From the NCBI GenBank assembly GCA_963842085.1, contig CAWJET010000001.1, forward strand, positions 2,240,001-2,304,000: a stretch of 64,000 bases of DNA. Direction: 5' to 3'. The notes beneath the pieces are model-generated. The model worked only from the letters and a program-made list of their open reading frames with translations. It had not been told where the DNA came from and did no database searches. A program made the translations under genes and the position numbers. Shown here piece after piece: positions 32,956 to 43,001 of the stretch. The DNA is from an uncultured delta proteobacterium (GTDB lineage: Bacteria > Desulfobacterota > Binatia > Binatales > Binataceae). The number at the start of each line of letters is the position of its first letter. Positions within the stretch are counted from its first letter, which is position 1.

Positions 32956-33684
32956 ATGCCAACGTTCAAGCGCAACGACGCGTCGCTATACTACGAGGAG
33001 TACGGCACTGGCTATCCGATTCTGCTATTTGCGCCGGGCGGGATGCGCTCGAGTATCGAGTTCTGGGGCAAGAGCCCATTCGATCCGACCAGGGAATTCG
33101 CGGCCAATTTCCGCGTAATCGCGATGGACCAGCGCAATGCCGGCAAATCGAACGGGCCGATTAGCGCGCATGATGGATGGGGGACCTATACCGGCGATCA
33201 TCTCGCGCTGCTCGATCATCTTGAGATCAAGCAATGCCACCTGATGGGCGGATGTATCGGTTCGTCGTATTGCCTCGGAGTGATTAAAGCTGCGCCGCAA
33301 CGAGTCAGCGCCGCGATTCTGCAGAATCCAATCGGGCTCAGTCCGCGCAATCGCGAGATGTTCTTCGCGATGTTCGACGGATGGGCGCAGGCGCTCAAAC
33401 CGCAACATCCAGGACTTGACGACTCTGCGCTTCGGCAGTTCCGCGACCGTATGTACGGCGGCGATTTCGTGTTCAACGTTTCGCGCGAGTTTGTGCGCTC
33501 GTGCAAAACGCCGATGCTGATTCTCTGCGGCAGTGACGACTATCATCCGACGGAAACCTCGAAGGAAATCGCCGCGCTCGCACCGAACTCCGAACTCGTC
33601 GAGCGCTGGAAGACGCCCGACGCGATCGGCGCGACCGTGAAGCGCGTGCGCGAATTCCTGATCTCGCACACGCCAAAAACATGA
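32956..33684 (+). CDS. Alpha/beta hydrolase with a Cys nucleophile elbow
   Basis: MDQRNAG, GGCIG, GSDDYHP. Confidence 0.85.
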   Translation: MPTFKRNDASLYYEEYGTGYPILLFAPGGMRSSIEFWGKSPFDPTREFAANFRVIAMDQRNAGKSNGPISAHDGWGTYTGDHLALLDHLEIKQCHLMGGCIGSSYCLGVIKAAPQRVSAAILQNPIGLSPRNREMFFAMFDGWAQALKPQHPGLDDSALRQFRDRMYGGDFVFNVSREFVRSCKTPMLILCGSDDYHPTETSKEIAALAPNSELVERWKTPDAIGATVKRVREFLISHTPKT

Positions 33685-33693
33685 GTTAACTGT

Positions 33694-35745
33694 TTAGCTG
33701 GCGAGCGCCAGTTTGATTCGCTCGGCGAGCCCGGAGAATCGCTCGACGCCGGTGGCGATTGCATGGTCGAGCGTCGATTCGTCGCCGACAATGACGACCG
33801 AAGTCCTGCTGCGGCTGACGGCGGTATAGATGAGTTCGCGGGTCAGAACCGCGACAGGTTTCTCGGGCAGAACGATGGCGATCGAATCGAACTCAGAGCC
33901 TTGCGCCTTGTGTACGGTCATCGCGTAGCTGAGCTCGACGAATTCGCGTAGTGCGTCGAAGCGGAATGCGGCGAAGTTGTCGCCGCGCGGGAAAATCGCC
34001 ATCGGGACTTGCGCGCCGATTCCGCGCCTGACCCACAATCTGATTCCGTTGTCGCCGTTGAAGAGTCCGCGTTCGTAGTCGTTGCGCAGCACGATCAGCG
34101 GCTCGCCAACCACAAATGGAGCGCGCTCTGCCGCGACCCCCGCGGCTTCGGTGGCGCGCAAATGAAGGCGCGCGTTTATTCGCTTGGCCCCGGTTTCAAA
34201 GACGCGCGTCACGCACAAGATGCGGGACTTGCCGGCGTGCGCGAACAGGCGGCGCAATCGCGCGCAGTCGGCGTCATCGAAGCGGCCATCGTGTTCGACA
34301 TATTCATGCGCGACCAATTCAGCGATTTCCGTCCCGCCGCACACTCGCTCGGTGTACCAGCGGTCCAGGAACGAACCGAGCTCGCGCGGTGCGTTTGCAA
34401 GAAACTCGACGCCGGCGAAGGTTAGTTCGTCCGCCGATGAGCGCCGCGCCACAATCGGAGCGTTCGTGTCGTCTCTGGAATTCAGGAGCCTGGTGTCGGC
34501 GTTGTTAATCGACCGCGCCGCGAGCAAGATGGATCGGCCGGCGGCGCTCTCAGCCTTCATCCGATGATTCACTTCGAGGCGGATCGATGCCGCGGTAAGC
34601 GGATCGGTTTCGTCCCCGGGGGGGAGAACCAGATCGCGGAACACGGAACCTGCGGCGACCGACGGCAATTGGTTCGCATCGCCGAGCAGGATCAATCGCG
34701 CATCCGGCTGAATCGCGTTCGTCAGCCGTTCCAGCAGGGTGACGTCGAGCATCGATCCTTCGTCGACAATCACCACCTTGGCGCCGATTGGGTTGTTGCG
34801 ATGATGGCGGAAGCGACCCGAATCGGGTGAGTAACCGAGCATGCGATGAATCGTCGAGGGCTCGAGATGCGCATCGAGCAGGGCCTGGTCCACGCTGTCG
34901 CGCCGCTCGATCTGCGTCAGCGACTCAGTGACGCACTCGCCCATCCGGTACGCGGCTTTCCCCGTCGGCGCGGCCAGGGCAATCTCGCGGGGCTCCACGC
35001 CGAGCCGCACCATTAGGCGCATGAGCGCGACAACGATCGAAGTCTTCCCGGTGCCCGGACCACCCGAAACAACTGTCAGTCCCGCACGGGCCGAGGCGGC
35101 AATAACCTTGCGCTGTTCGTCTGACATCACGACCTGTTTGCCCTGCACGATCACCGGGCGCTCAGTCACATCGTGAAGGGCGCGACCAAGTCTCTCCGGG
35201 TCTGTTTGCTCCTGGCGGTTCGTTGTCAATAGCGCCGCCAGTCGATTAGCCAGATCACATTCGCAGTGATAGATACAGTGATGAACTATGTACGGAGCAA
35301 TGTATAATAGAGGTTTGTATTCATCTTCCTGCTGGCCGACCACTTCCGATGCGCGGTGCGAGCGCAGGAGAGCTCGGATCGAAGTGGCTATCGAATCAGG
35401 AGCGTCGTCACCAAAACCGAACGCGCACAGCGAACCGAGCATGCGACGCATTGGGGCCTCGGAAAGCTGGCCAGTTACTGGAAAGCGGGTGCTTCCCTCC
35501 TGAAGCGCAGCGAGTGAGATGAGGATGAGGACGATGAGTGCTACTCGCTCATCGTCTTCCAGAGCCGGTTCAAGCGCTCCGAGTTCTGCGGCCAGGTGCA
35601 CAGATTCAGGAGCAAGATTGAGTCCAGCCACCGATACTTCGAGCGCGCGCATGCGAGCGTTGAACGCCGAACGGCTGTCGTTGCGGACTGAATCAAATCG
35701 TCGCCACGCGGTATCCATTCCGAGCAGTGGGTATTTATCTTTCAC
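33694..35745 (-). CDS. recD: Exodeoxyribonuclease V alpha subunit
   Basis: GGPGTGKT, APTGKAA, TIHR, VDEGSM, GDANQLPSV, NGDNG, TVHKAQGSE, YTAVSR. GTG start overlaps the recB stop (GTGA). Confidence 0.92.
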   Translation of the reverse strand: MKDKYPLLGMDTAWRRFDSVRNDSRSAFNARMRALEVSVAGLNLAPESVHLAAELGALEPALEDDERVALIVLILISLAALQEGSTRFPVTGQLSEAPMRRMLGSLCAFGFGDDAPDSIATSIRALLRSHRASEVVGQQEDEYKPLLYIAPYIVHHCIYHCECDLANRLAALLTTNRQEQTDPERLGRALHDVTERPVIVQGKQVVMSDEQRKVIAASARAGLTVVSGGPGTGKTSIVVALMRLMVRLGVEPREIALAAPTGKAAYRMGECVTESLTQIERRDSVDQALLDAHLEPSTIHRMLGYSPDSGRFRHHRNNPIGAKVVIVDEGSMLDVTLLERLTNAIQPDARLILLGDANQLPSVAAGSVFRDLVLPPGDETDPLTAASIRLEVNHRMKAESAAGRSILLAARSINNADTRLLNSRDDTNAPIVARRSSADELTFAGVEFLANAPRELGSFLDRWYTERVCGGTEIAELVAHEYVEHDGRFDDADCARLRRLFAHAGKSRILCVTRVFETGAKRINARLHLRATEAAGVAAERAPFVVGEPLIVLRNDYERGLFNGDNGIRLWVRRGIGAQVPMAIFPRGDNFAAFRFDALREFVELSYAMTVHKAQGSEFDSIAIVLPEKPVAVLTRELIYTAVSRSRTSVVIVGDESTLDHAIATGVERFSGLAERIKLALAS

Positions 35746-38700
35746 GCACGCAGCTCGGAGTTGGATTCGCAACTTAGTAATTCGGATTCGTAAGTGACTA
35801 CCTCATTCCACGACGGTCGTGCGAAGTAGAATCCAGTCTTGCCCGCGCCAGTCTGCGAGACGCCACGAAGAAAGACGTACAAAAGACCGCCGAATCTCGC
35901 GTCGTAGTCGCGCTCGTTGTGGATTGCGAGCATGCGTACGACACCGACTGAGTAAATTTGCGCCTGCAACCGATAGTGGCGTTCGACGTGCCACGCGACT
36001 GCGGCCGGCTCATACGATGGCAGCAGATCGCCCTTCCAATCGGCAAAGTACATCAGCTTTTCCCGCCGAAATACCAGGTCGATAAACCCCTTTATGTAAC
36101 CGCGTCCGACGGTCCAGGCACCGTCCGGGCCTTCGCCGAGGAAAGTGTGGTGTTTCTCGGGAATTGGATACGCGAATTCCATTTCGCGAACTTCGGGCAG
36201 TCGGTACAGACCGCCCTCGAGCACCGTTTCGCCGAGCGCGACCGGCGCGGTTAGCGCGTTGAAGACAATTTCGCGTCCGCGCTCCAGCCATCTCGGATTA
36301 CTCACGCCGTGCTGGCGCATAGCCCCTGCGAACAATTCGCGCACCTCGTCGCGTGCCATCCAGGATTCGAGATCCGGGGAATCGCCGAAGGATTCGAAAT
36401 CGAGCTTCTCGATAGCCTCATGCAGGAAAATGCCGACGTGCCGGCCGCCGGGCAGATCGATGTTGTCAGCCCGCGCCTCGATGGCATCGACGCTGGTTTT
36501 GAATTCAATGGGAGCCGCCGCCTGAAGCGACGTGTAGGATTCTATCGTCAATCCTCGATGACGCATTCGCAGAGCGTCGAATTCGATGTCAAGGGCAGCG
36601 GGCGGCGACGTCGATGCGAGCCAGTCACATAAGGCATTCTCGTCCAGCGCGGTTTCGTCCTTCTCCTGTTGGTCCGCCGAACCGGTCAGCGCTGGTACGA
36701 CGACGGTTTCCGTCGTGAAGAGGCTCTCCAATTTGGCTTCGCGCTCGAGCGCACGCAGTCGATCATTCAGTTGCGCATAGGAGCCCGATAGGTCTCGAGT
36801 CAGCGTTCCGTCCGGGATGTAAGGCAGTATCAGTTTCGCGCGCGCGCGGGTCAGCGCGACGTAAAGCAGTCGCTGATCTTCCTCATTGCGCTCTTGATCG
36901 AGCGCCTCCTTGTGGATGTCGCGCGCCGGTTTGCCAATCGCGAGGCGCCGCTCATTCTCGCAATGGTAGACGCTGACAGGAGCGGGGTGAGTGTATGCGA
37001 AAAATCCGCCGTAGAGAGCGACGACGTCGGCCTCGAGGCCTTTGCTCTTGTGAATAGTCATGATCTGCACGGCCTTGGGATCATCTTCGACGCGCTGGAT
37101 ATTCTGGTCGTCGCCCGGCGGTGTCGCACGCTCCGAGATGTAGGCGTCGAGCAAGTCGATTATTTCAGCGAGCGAGACTCCGCGCCGCGCCGCGTCATCA
37201 GTCAGAATCTCGAAAATGTGTTCGTAGTTGGTGAGTTCGCGGCCGCTGTCGGACAACAATAATTCACGTTCGACCAGTCCGCTTTGGTGGAGCAACGCGT
37301 CGAACAAATCGGCGAAACGCCCGGCCTCGGCAAGCGCGCGCCATACGAAAAGTCTTTCGAGCAGCGGTTGCGAGTTGTGCTCGTCGTCGAGCCGCCCAAG
37401 GTCGCCGTAATCGACGGCGAAGAAAGGCGAAGCCCACGCCTTGAGGCGGTTCGAGCGGCGGCCGGGTTGGTCAATTCCTCTTAGCAGATCGAGGATGTAA
37501 GCGGCCTCGCGGGTCTGGAACAGCCCATCCTGCTTGTAAAACGCGAACGGGACTCCAGCTTGACGCAGATACTGGGCGATTTCGGCGCTGTCGCGGTTGG
37601 TCCGGGTAAGGACGTACACGTCCCGGGCTGTAATCCTGCGCGGCGCCTTTCCGTCGTCACAAATTTCAATCGCGTGCTCCGGCTCCGCGATAATTCGTCG
37701 TATCGCTTGCGCGATTCGCGGACCTATCGCTTCGCGCATCCGCCGTGAAAACTTGTATCGACTGTCGCCAGGCTGGAACTTCATGAGAGTAACAGGTGCG
37801 ATCAGCCGGCCATTCATCCCGACGGCTCTCAGAGCGGGACGGCCGCATCTGACCGGATGGCTGTAGGTGATCTCGCCGGTAAACAATGGCGGCTTGGCAT
37901 TCTGATCGAGCATCAGGTTGCACGCCTGGATCATGTCGCTCGTCGATCGGAAATTATCGCGCAAGCGAACAACCGTGGCTCCTGATTTGGTGAGCTGCTC
38001 GCGCGCTTCGAGGTAGGCATGCACGTCAGCGCCGCGGAATCCGTAGATCGCCTGCTTCGGGTCACCGATTACGTGGACGGTGTTGCCGCCGCTGCCTTCA
38101 ATGAACACCTGTCGAAAGATTTTCCACTGAAGTTCGTCGGTATCCTGGAATTCGTCGATCAGCGCCACACGGTAGCGCTCGCGCAGGGTCGCTGCGAGCG
38201 ACTTGCCGCGCGGACCATCGAGTGCGTCGGCCAGCCACGCGAGCATGTCCTCGTAGTCCAGCGTTCCGCGCTCGCGTTTGCGGGCGTCCATTCGCTGAAC
38301 TGTCGCGAGCAGCAGTTCGTCAACCACGCGTTGCTCGATGGTCAAGGCCGCCTGCACCCGCTCCGCCGCGCTGACGATCGAGCGCACGGGGTCCGGCATC
38401 TCGTCTGGAAAACTCGGCCGAGTTTCTCTTCGATCGCGGCGTGCGCTTTTTGGATCACAGATGCGATCGAGATCGAAGTCGCGCAGGGCTTCGGCCAGCA
38501 TCGCGATCGAGCCGTTGGCGCGATTGAGGATCAGGTCGAGTTCAGCCGTCGCGGCAATCGCGTCGCGCCTGGCATCATCTGTAATCGCCGCAAGTTGGTA
38601 AGCGGCCACTAACGCTTTTGCATCGAACGCGTTTGCCAGGTCGGACAACGCCTGTCGGTTGAGTTTGGGCCCGGCGGTTCGGAGGTAGCGCTGCGAGTGA

Positions 38701-39287
38701 GCCTGCCACAGCAGTTCCTCGAGGTCATCTGAAGTGCGTTTCTCGTCCGCGAGCCACTCACCGACAAGGCGCCCGACGCGAACGTCCGACTTCAGCCGCT
38801 CGCGCAATTCGGCGCGCAGCGCCTCGTGAAACTCGAGACGGCCGCTCGCGAGGTCCATTCCAAAACGCACGCCGCTGTCAAAAGCGAGGTCGGTAAGCAT
38901 TCGGCGGCAAAAGCTGTGAATCGTGTGGATGGGGGAATGATGAAATGAAACCAGCGCGGTCTTCAGTCTTTCCCGCTCATCGTCAGCCAACCGCTTGCGC
39001 TGGGATGCATGCATGTCGTCCCCACGACGCCCGGACAGGGCGGCTTCGATCGTCGCACGGATTCGCGCGCGCAGCTCGGATGTAGCCTTTTCGGTAAACG
39101 TCACGACTAGGATCTGATCGAGCAGAGCCGCGCCGGTGCAGAGAAGGTCGACGACGATATGCTCGATCGCAAACGTCTTGCCGGTGCCGGCGCTGGCGTC
39201 GATAATCTTGTGCCCGCCGTCGAGAATTTCGTCGAGGATCGCGGGCCGATAGTACCCGATGTCCTCGGTCGGTCCAGCCGCGCTCAT
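35742..39287 (-). CDS. recB: Exodeoxyribonuclease V beta subunit (helicase-nuclease)
   Basis: ASAGTGKT, TFTEKA, DEFQDT, GDPKQAIYGFRGAD, TIHKSKGLE, YVALTRA; nuclease GFIDLVF...DWK...Y..Q..IY. Confidence 0.93.
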   Translation of the reverse strand: MSAAGPTEDIGYYRPAILDEILDGGHKIIDASAGTGKTFAIEHIVVDLLCTGAALLDQILVVTFTEKATSELRARIRATIEAALSGRRGDDMHASQRKRLADDERERLKTALVSFHHSPIHTIHSFCRRMLTDLAFDSGVRFGMDLASGRLEFHEALRAELRERLKSDVRVGRLVGEWLADEKRTSDDLEELLWQAHSQRYLRTAGPKLNRQALSDLANAFDAKALVAAYQLAAITDDARRDAIAATAELDLILNRANGSIAMLAEALRDFDLDRICDPKSARRDRRETRPSFPDEMPDPVRSIVSAAERVQAALTIEQRVVDELLLATVQRMDARKRERGTLDYEDMLAWLADALDGPRGKSLAATLRERYRVALIDEFQDTDELQWKIFRQVFIEGSGGNTVHVIGDPKQAIYGFRGADVHAYLEAREQLTKSGATVVRLRDNFRSTSDMIQACNLMLDQNAKPPLFTGEITYSHPVRCGRPALRAVGMNGRLIAPVTLMKFQPGDSRYKFSRRMREAIGPRIAQAIRRIIAEPEHAIEICDDGKAPRRITARDVYVLTRTNRDSAEIAQYLRQAGVPFAFYKQDGLFQTREAAYILDLLRGIDQPGRRSNRLKAWASPFFAVDYGDLGRLDDEHNSQPLLERLFVWRALAEAGRFADLFDALLHQSGLVERELLLSDSGRELTNYEHIFEILTDDAARRGVSLAEIIDLLDAYISERATPPGDDQNIQRVEDDPKAVQIMTIHKSKGLEADVVALYGGFFAYTHPAPVSVYHCENERRLAIGKPARDIHKEALDQERNEEDQRLLYVALTRARAKLILPYIPDGTLTRDLSGSYAQLNDRLRALEREAKLESLFTTETVVVPALTGSADQQEKDETALDENALCDWLASTSPPAALDIEFDALRMRHRGLTIESYTSLQAAAPIEFKTSVDAIEARADNIDLPGGRHVGIFLHEAIEKLDFESFGDSPDLESWMARDEVRELFAGAMRQHGVSNPRWLERGREIVFNALTAPVALGETVLEGGLYRLPEVREMEFAYPIPEKHHTFLGEGPDGAWTVGRGYIKGFIDLVFRREKLMYFADWKGDLLPSYEPAAVAWHVERHYRLQAQIYSVGVVRMLAIHNERDYDARFGGLLYVFLRGVSQTGAGKTGFYFARPSWNEVVTYESELLSCESNSELRA

Positions 39288-42200
39288 TTGAATATCGCTA
39301 TGATCGGGTTGAAGCGGCGCTTCACGATTTCTTCGATCTTCTCTTCGCTTGGAGGATCGGAATCGGCGGCATTTCGCACCGGTCCGTATTTGGAACTGTT
39401 CCTCGAGAAATCGTTGAAGCGGACGAGGTCGACAGTCTCGATCAAATCGTGAGGCGCCGCAGGCTTGTGCAATTCCTTGACGACTTGCTCGACCGCTTCG
39501 ATCGGCAAGAAGTAGTCGTTGCCCGTCGAAAGCAAATCGCTGACGACTATTCCCAGGAAGGTGAGCGCCGAATCCCGGTCCATTGGCCGGAACTCACGAA
39601 TCCATTCGTTGGGATGCGTCGACTCTGTTCCGACCACGATTGCGCGAAATTTTTCGGGCAGCTTCACTCCGGCGGCGGCAAGGACAATTGCGTTAAGGAA
39701 CGGCACCAGAAAATCCTTGGGCTTGACGTTCTTGTGCAACACGCAATTGATCGCAGCGCCCGCATCCGGCGAGACGCCCCGAATCGTGCCGTAGAGACTC
39801 AGTCGCCGCGCCACGACCGTTCCGTCATGGCGTCTGACGTTGGCGTTCAGCGCGATCGGGGCAAGGATCTGGCCAGTGTCGGCGAATTCGTCGGCACGTC
39901 CGATTCGGATGTCCTTCCATCCGTCGAAATCGCTCACGCCGGCTTGGGAAGCCTGCGCGATCCATCGACCGAGCTCCGCTGTATCTGCCGTTTCCGCCGC
40001 CTGCGCGAACTGCCCTGCCGGAGCGTGCCCTCGAGCCTGCGCAATCCGGACCTCGCGCGCGTACTCTTCGCGGAGCGCGTCGGGACTTTCGCCGGCGCGC
40101 CAGAAGACATTGCGCAGCATGACCGCACGATCGAGCTGCGATTGCTCGATCGGTTCGTCCGCCGTCTCCTCAGGCGCATCTTCGTCATCCAACATCCCGA
40201 GCGAATAACGGGCGGCGCCCTGCAAAGGACATTCGAGATATTTTCGGAGTGCCGCTATCGGAAGCGCGATCTCTTCAAGCGGCGCCGGTCGTCCCACGGC
40301 TGACGATTTTTCAAATTCGGCGAACTGCAAATCCTTTCGCAGGCGCTCGCGCAGCTTATCCCCGAGATGATCCAGCAAGTTCTCGCCCTGCGGCATCGAG
40401 CGACTCGTCGAGTACGTTTCTATCTTCCGTCGCAGCGCGAGCATCCGTGCACCGCTGCGCGCGTCGGGATCGAAGCTTGCGAATTCGTGATCGCCGTCCG
40501 GAGCGGTGCCTCCGGTAAGTCCGGGAAAATATTTCAGGTCATAGCGGCTTGCCGGATGTTTCACCGTCAGCTTCGCCAGCGTTTCCTCGTCGACGAATCC
40601 GCGTAGCATGTACTGCAGTTCACGGATGACCGACGAGGGCTCGAGGACGTCGCCAGTTTTCGCATCGCGGGCAACGTAGGAGAAATAAATCCGCTCGCGG
40701 GCAGCCAGGATCGTTTCGAGGATCAGATAACGATCGCGCTCGGCCGGAGTGACATCGCCCGCGACGCGCCTGAGCATCCGCAAGTCAAGCGGATCGCGAT
40801 GTTCGCGCTCGGGGAATGCAGCTTCGTTCAACCCGAGCGCAAAGATCACTTTGAATGGAATCGACCGCAGCGAGGACAGCGCTCCAACCGCAACACCTTG
40901 CCCCGAGTATTGTCCGCGGAGCGATTCGAGATCGGTGACTCGCCCCGCGATCATCTCGCGCGTCGATTCATATGACATCGGACCAATGTCCAGGTCCGAG
41001 TCGCCGATAGACTCAATCGCCTCCAGGAAGCTGTCCCTCGCCTGCTCATCGATCGCGCTTTCTGGCCGTATGTAACCGCTCACGAACTCGATGATCATCC
41101 GCGACCATTGCCTCGGGGTCAGCCGCGCGTCGCGCATCGAGAGCGCGTCGGCGATGAGTGATCGCGCCGCGCCCATGAATCGCGCCGCCGTCTCGAGTTC
41201 ATCCTGCGCGATTTCGAACGGCAGGTAGCCGGGGCCCGCCACCCCCGTCTGGTAAAACTCGGGCTCCCCGCCGCGCTGACCGGCCATCATCGTGCCCAGG
41301 GCGAGGCGTTTGATCGCCTGATCCCAGTGGTAGAGCCCGTGCGGAATGTAGGTGCCTTTCAGGTCGTCGTCGTCGGCGCCGAAGAAGATACCGAGCGCCT
41401 CGCTCCAGCGAGGCCATTTCTCGACGTCGATTCGAGTTTCACTTTCGTTGTTCAACGCGGGATGCGTAAGCACCCGGATCATCTCTTCGCGCGAGAAGCG
41501 GCCGCTCGGCAGTTTGAGAAGAGACTCGACCGCCTCGGCGACGCGGCTTGCGCCGGCGCTGCTGCGGCTGACGAGATCGACGGGAATTTGATACTGCTTA
41601 CCAAACACGCTTTCGATGTGCGCCACGTACTCGTCAACAGCCGCGTCTGGAATCAGCAGCGCAATTTCGTGAAAGCGAATGCGCTCGGCCCCGCAATTGG
41701 CGGCAAGTTTTTCATTGGCGCGCACGAGCGACCAGATCTCGTGCGCAACGATTTCGATCTCGCGGCGAATTCCCGGGCAGGCAAGGAACCGAAGCCGCGC
41801 TTCGTATGGCTTGCCCTTCCTCTCCTCGACGTTCGCGGGCTGCGGTTCGCGATCGAGGATGTTTTGCTGAAGAGCTTCGAGCAGCGTCGGCGATTTGGTG
41901 GCAACCGGATCGGTAAACAACGGCGTGAAATCGCACTGCGACAATTCATTGAGCAGCCGAATATACTCACGGCCCGGCCGCCCCCAGAGCCGAAGAGCGG
42001 GCGGATCGGATGATTCGTTCAATGAGAATGGGTCTTCTGAGTCGGCGAGCTTCTCACCGACTTTGTCCTGACGATGGGCCCACGCGGGGAGCGCCCCGCG
42101 GCGTGAGGTGTCCACGTCCTCCCAAAACTCGCGGCACGGATTCAACGCGTAGATCCGAATATCGCCGAGTGCGCCGAGTCTGGCAAAGATTTCCGCGTAA

Positions 42201-42892
42201 GCATTTCCCGCGTACGAAGCGCCGAACACGTGAAGTGTCCCGGGCAGCACCGGTTTGAGGATGCGGTCGTCACTTGCCTCGAATGCGTCGGGCAGCATCA
42301 TCAATCGAGTCCCGCGATCCAAACGCCACTCCTCGCGCACGGCGCCGTGCGAATCGAACACCGACAGCCACAAATGCCGCTGCCATCGCTCGGTCTCGCT
42401 CATCGCGTCCAACTCAGTTCGCATGGCGGCGCGCCACTTCCTGATCATGCGCCGCCGCGAAATCGAGTATTCGCGAAACAGCCGCGCCAACTGCGCCGCA
42501 AGCAAAAGCGTCCTGAGCTCGACGTCGGCGTCGGTTCTGGATCCTGCCTGGATGTAGTCGCGCGCCGGCTTCAACTCGGAGTCATCGCGATGGCTGGAAC
42601 TTCGAAGGCACTCGAAGAGAACCAGTTGGAGTTCATCGGCGTCCAGAATTCTCAGGTTCTTGTCCGTCGAATGGAGGAGCGTGGCGAGATAATTCCGCAG
42701 GAATGGAAATTTCAAATTTGCCGCGACGCCGATGGATTCGGCCAGCCGGTAGCGGACGAATTGTTCGACAACGCGGTTGGGCACGACGATCGAAACCGGC
42801 TCGAGCGGCGCGCGCCTCTGATGCACGGTCACCGCCCCGGCCAGCGGCGCGATCAGATTTTCGAGACGATTGGAGTAATGCAGACGAATCAT
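39284..42892 (-). CDS. recC: Exodeoxyribonuclease V gamma subunit
   Basis: YSNRLENL, NPCREFW, LWGRPGRE, TLLEALQQNIL, RSIPFKVI.ALGLN...FP, PSSVI; 1202 aa; overlaps the recB start. Confidence 0.92.
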   Translation of the reverse strand: MIRLHYSNRLENLIAPLAGAVTVHQRRAPLEPVSIVVPNRVVEQFVRYRLAESIGVAANLKFPFLRNYLATLLHSTDKNLRILDADELQLVLFECLRSSSHRDDSELKPARDYIQAGSRTDADVELRTLLLAAQLARLFREYSISRRRMIRKWRAAMRTELDAMSETERWQRHLWLSVFDSHGAVREEWRLDRGTRLMMLPDAFEASDDRILKPVLPGTLHVFGASYAGNAYAEIFARLGALGDIRIYALNPCREFWEDVDTSRRGALPAWAHRQDKVGEKLADSEDPFSLNESSDPPALRLWGRPGREYIRLLNELSQCDFTPLFTDPVATKSPTLLEALQQNILDREPQPANVEERKGKPYEARLRFLACPGIRREIEIVAHEIWSLVRANEKLAANCGAERIRFHEIALLIPDAAVDEYVAHIESVFGKQYQIPVDLVSRSSAGASRVAEAVESLLKLPSGRFSREEMIRVLTHPALNNESETRIDVEKWPRWSEALGIFFGADDDDLKGTYIPHGLYHWDQAIKRLALGTMMAGQRGGEPEFYQTGVAGPGYLPFEIAQDELETAARFMGAARSLIADALSMRDARLTPRQWSRMIIEFVSGYIRPESAIDEQARDSFLEAIESIGDSDLDIGPMSYESTREMIAGRVTDLESLRGQYSGQGVAVGALSSLRSIPFKVIFALGLNEAAFPEREHRDPLDLRMLRRVAGDVTPAERDRYLILETILAARERIYFSYVARDAKTGDVLEPSSVIRELQYMLRGFVDEETLAKLTVKHPASRYDLKYFPGLTGGTAPDGDHEFASFDPDARSGARMLALRRKIETYSTSRSMPQGENLLDHLGDKLRERLRKDLQFAEFEKSSAVGRPAPLEEIALPIAALRKYLECPLQGAARYSLGMLDDEDAPEETADEPIEQSQLDRAVMLRNVFWRAGESPDALREEYAREVRIAQARGHAPAGQFAQAAETADTAELGRWIAQASQAGVSDFDGWKDIRIGRADEFADTGQILAPIALNANVRRHDGTVVARRLSLYGTIRGVSPDAGAAINCVLHKNVKPKDFLVPFLNAIVLAAAGVKLPEKFRAIVVGTESTHPNEWIREFRPMDRDSALTFLGIVVSDLLSTGNDYFLPIEAVEQVVKELHKPAAPHDLIETVDLVRFNDFSRNSSKYGPVRNAADSDPPSEEKIEEIVKRRFNPIIAIFK

Positions 42893-42925
42893 CGCGGCTC
42901 AGCTATACGCGCTTTTCACTCAAGC

Positions 42926-42957
42926 AACATATATTGTTATGCTGACAACGGTTGTCA
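42926..42957 (-). promoter_or_regulatory. recC promoter, TTGTCAG-N10-TATGTT (PafBC/RecA-NDp-like), overlapping the palindrome TGACAAC-G-GTTGTCA
   Basis: Minus strand reads TGTCAG (42947-42942), 10 nt, TATGTT (42931-42926), ending 34 nt before the recC ATG. Perfect inverted repeat at 42943-42957. Confidence 0.68.
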
Positions 42958-43001
42958 TCGGAAGAGATGATGAGATCGGGCGAATTCCCGAAGCAGCTGC
43001 G

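Noticed and set aside
42939-43001. ORF-track start of the WYL gene at 42939
   Set aside because: It would run through the palindrome and recC promoter; the HTH begins after the ATG at 43002.
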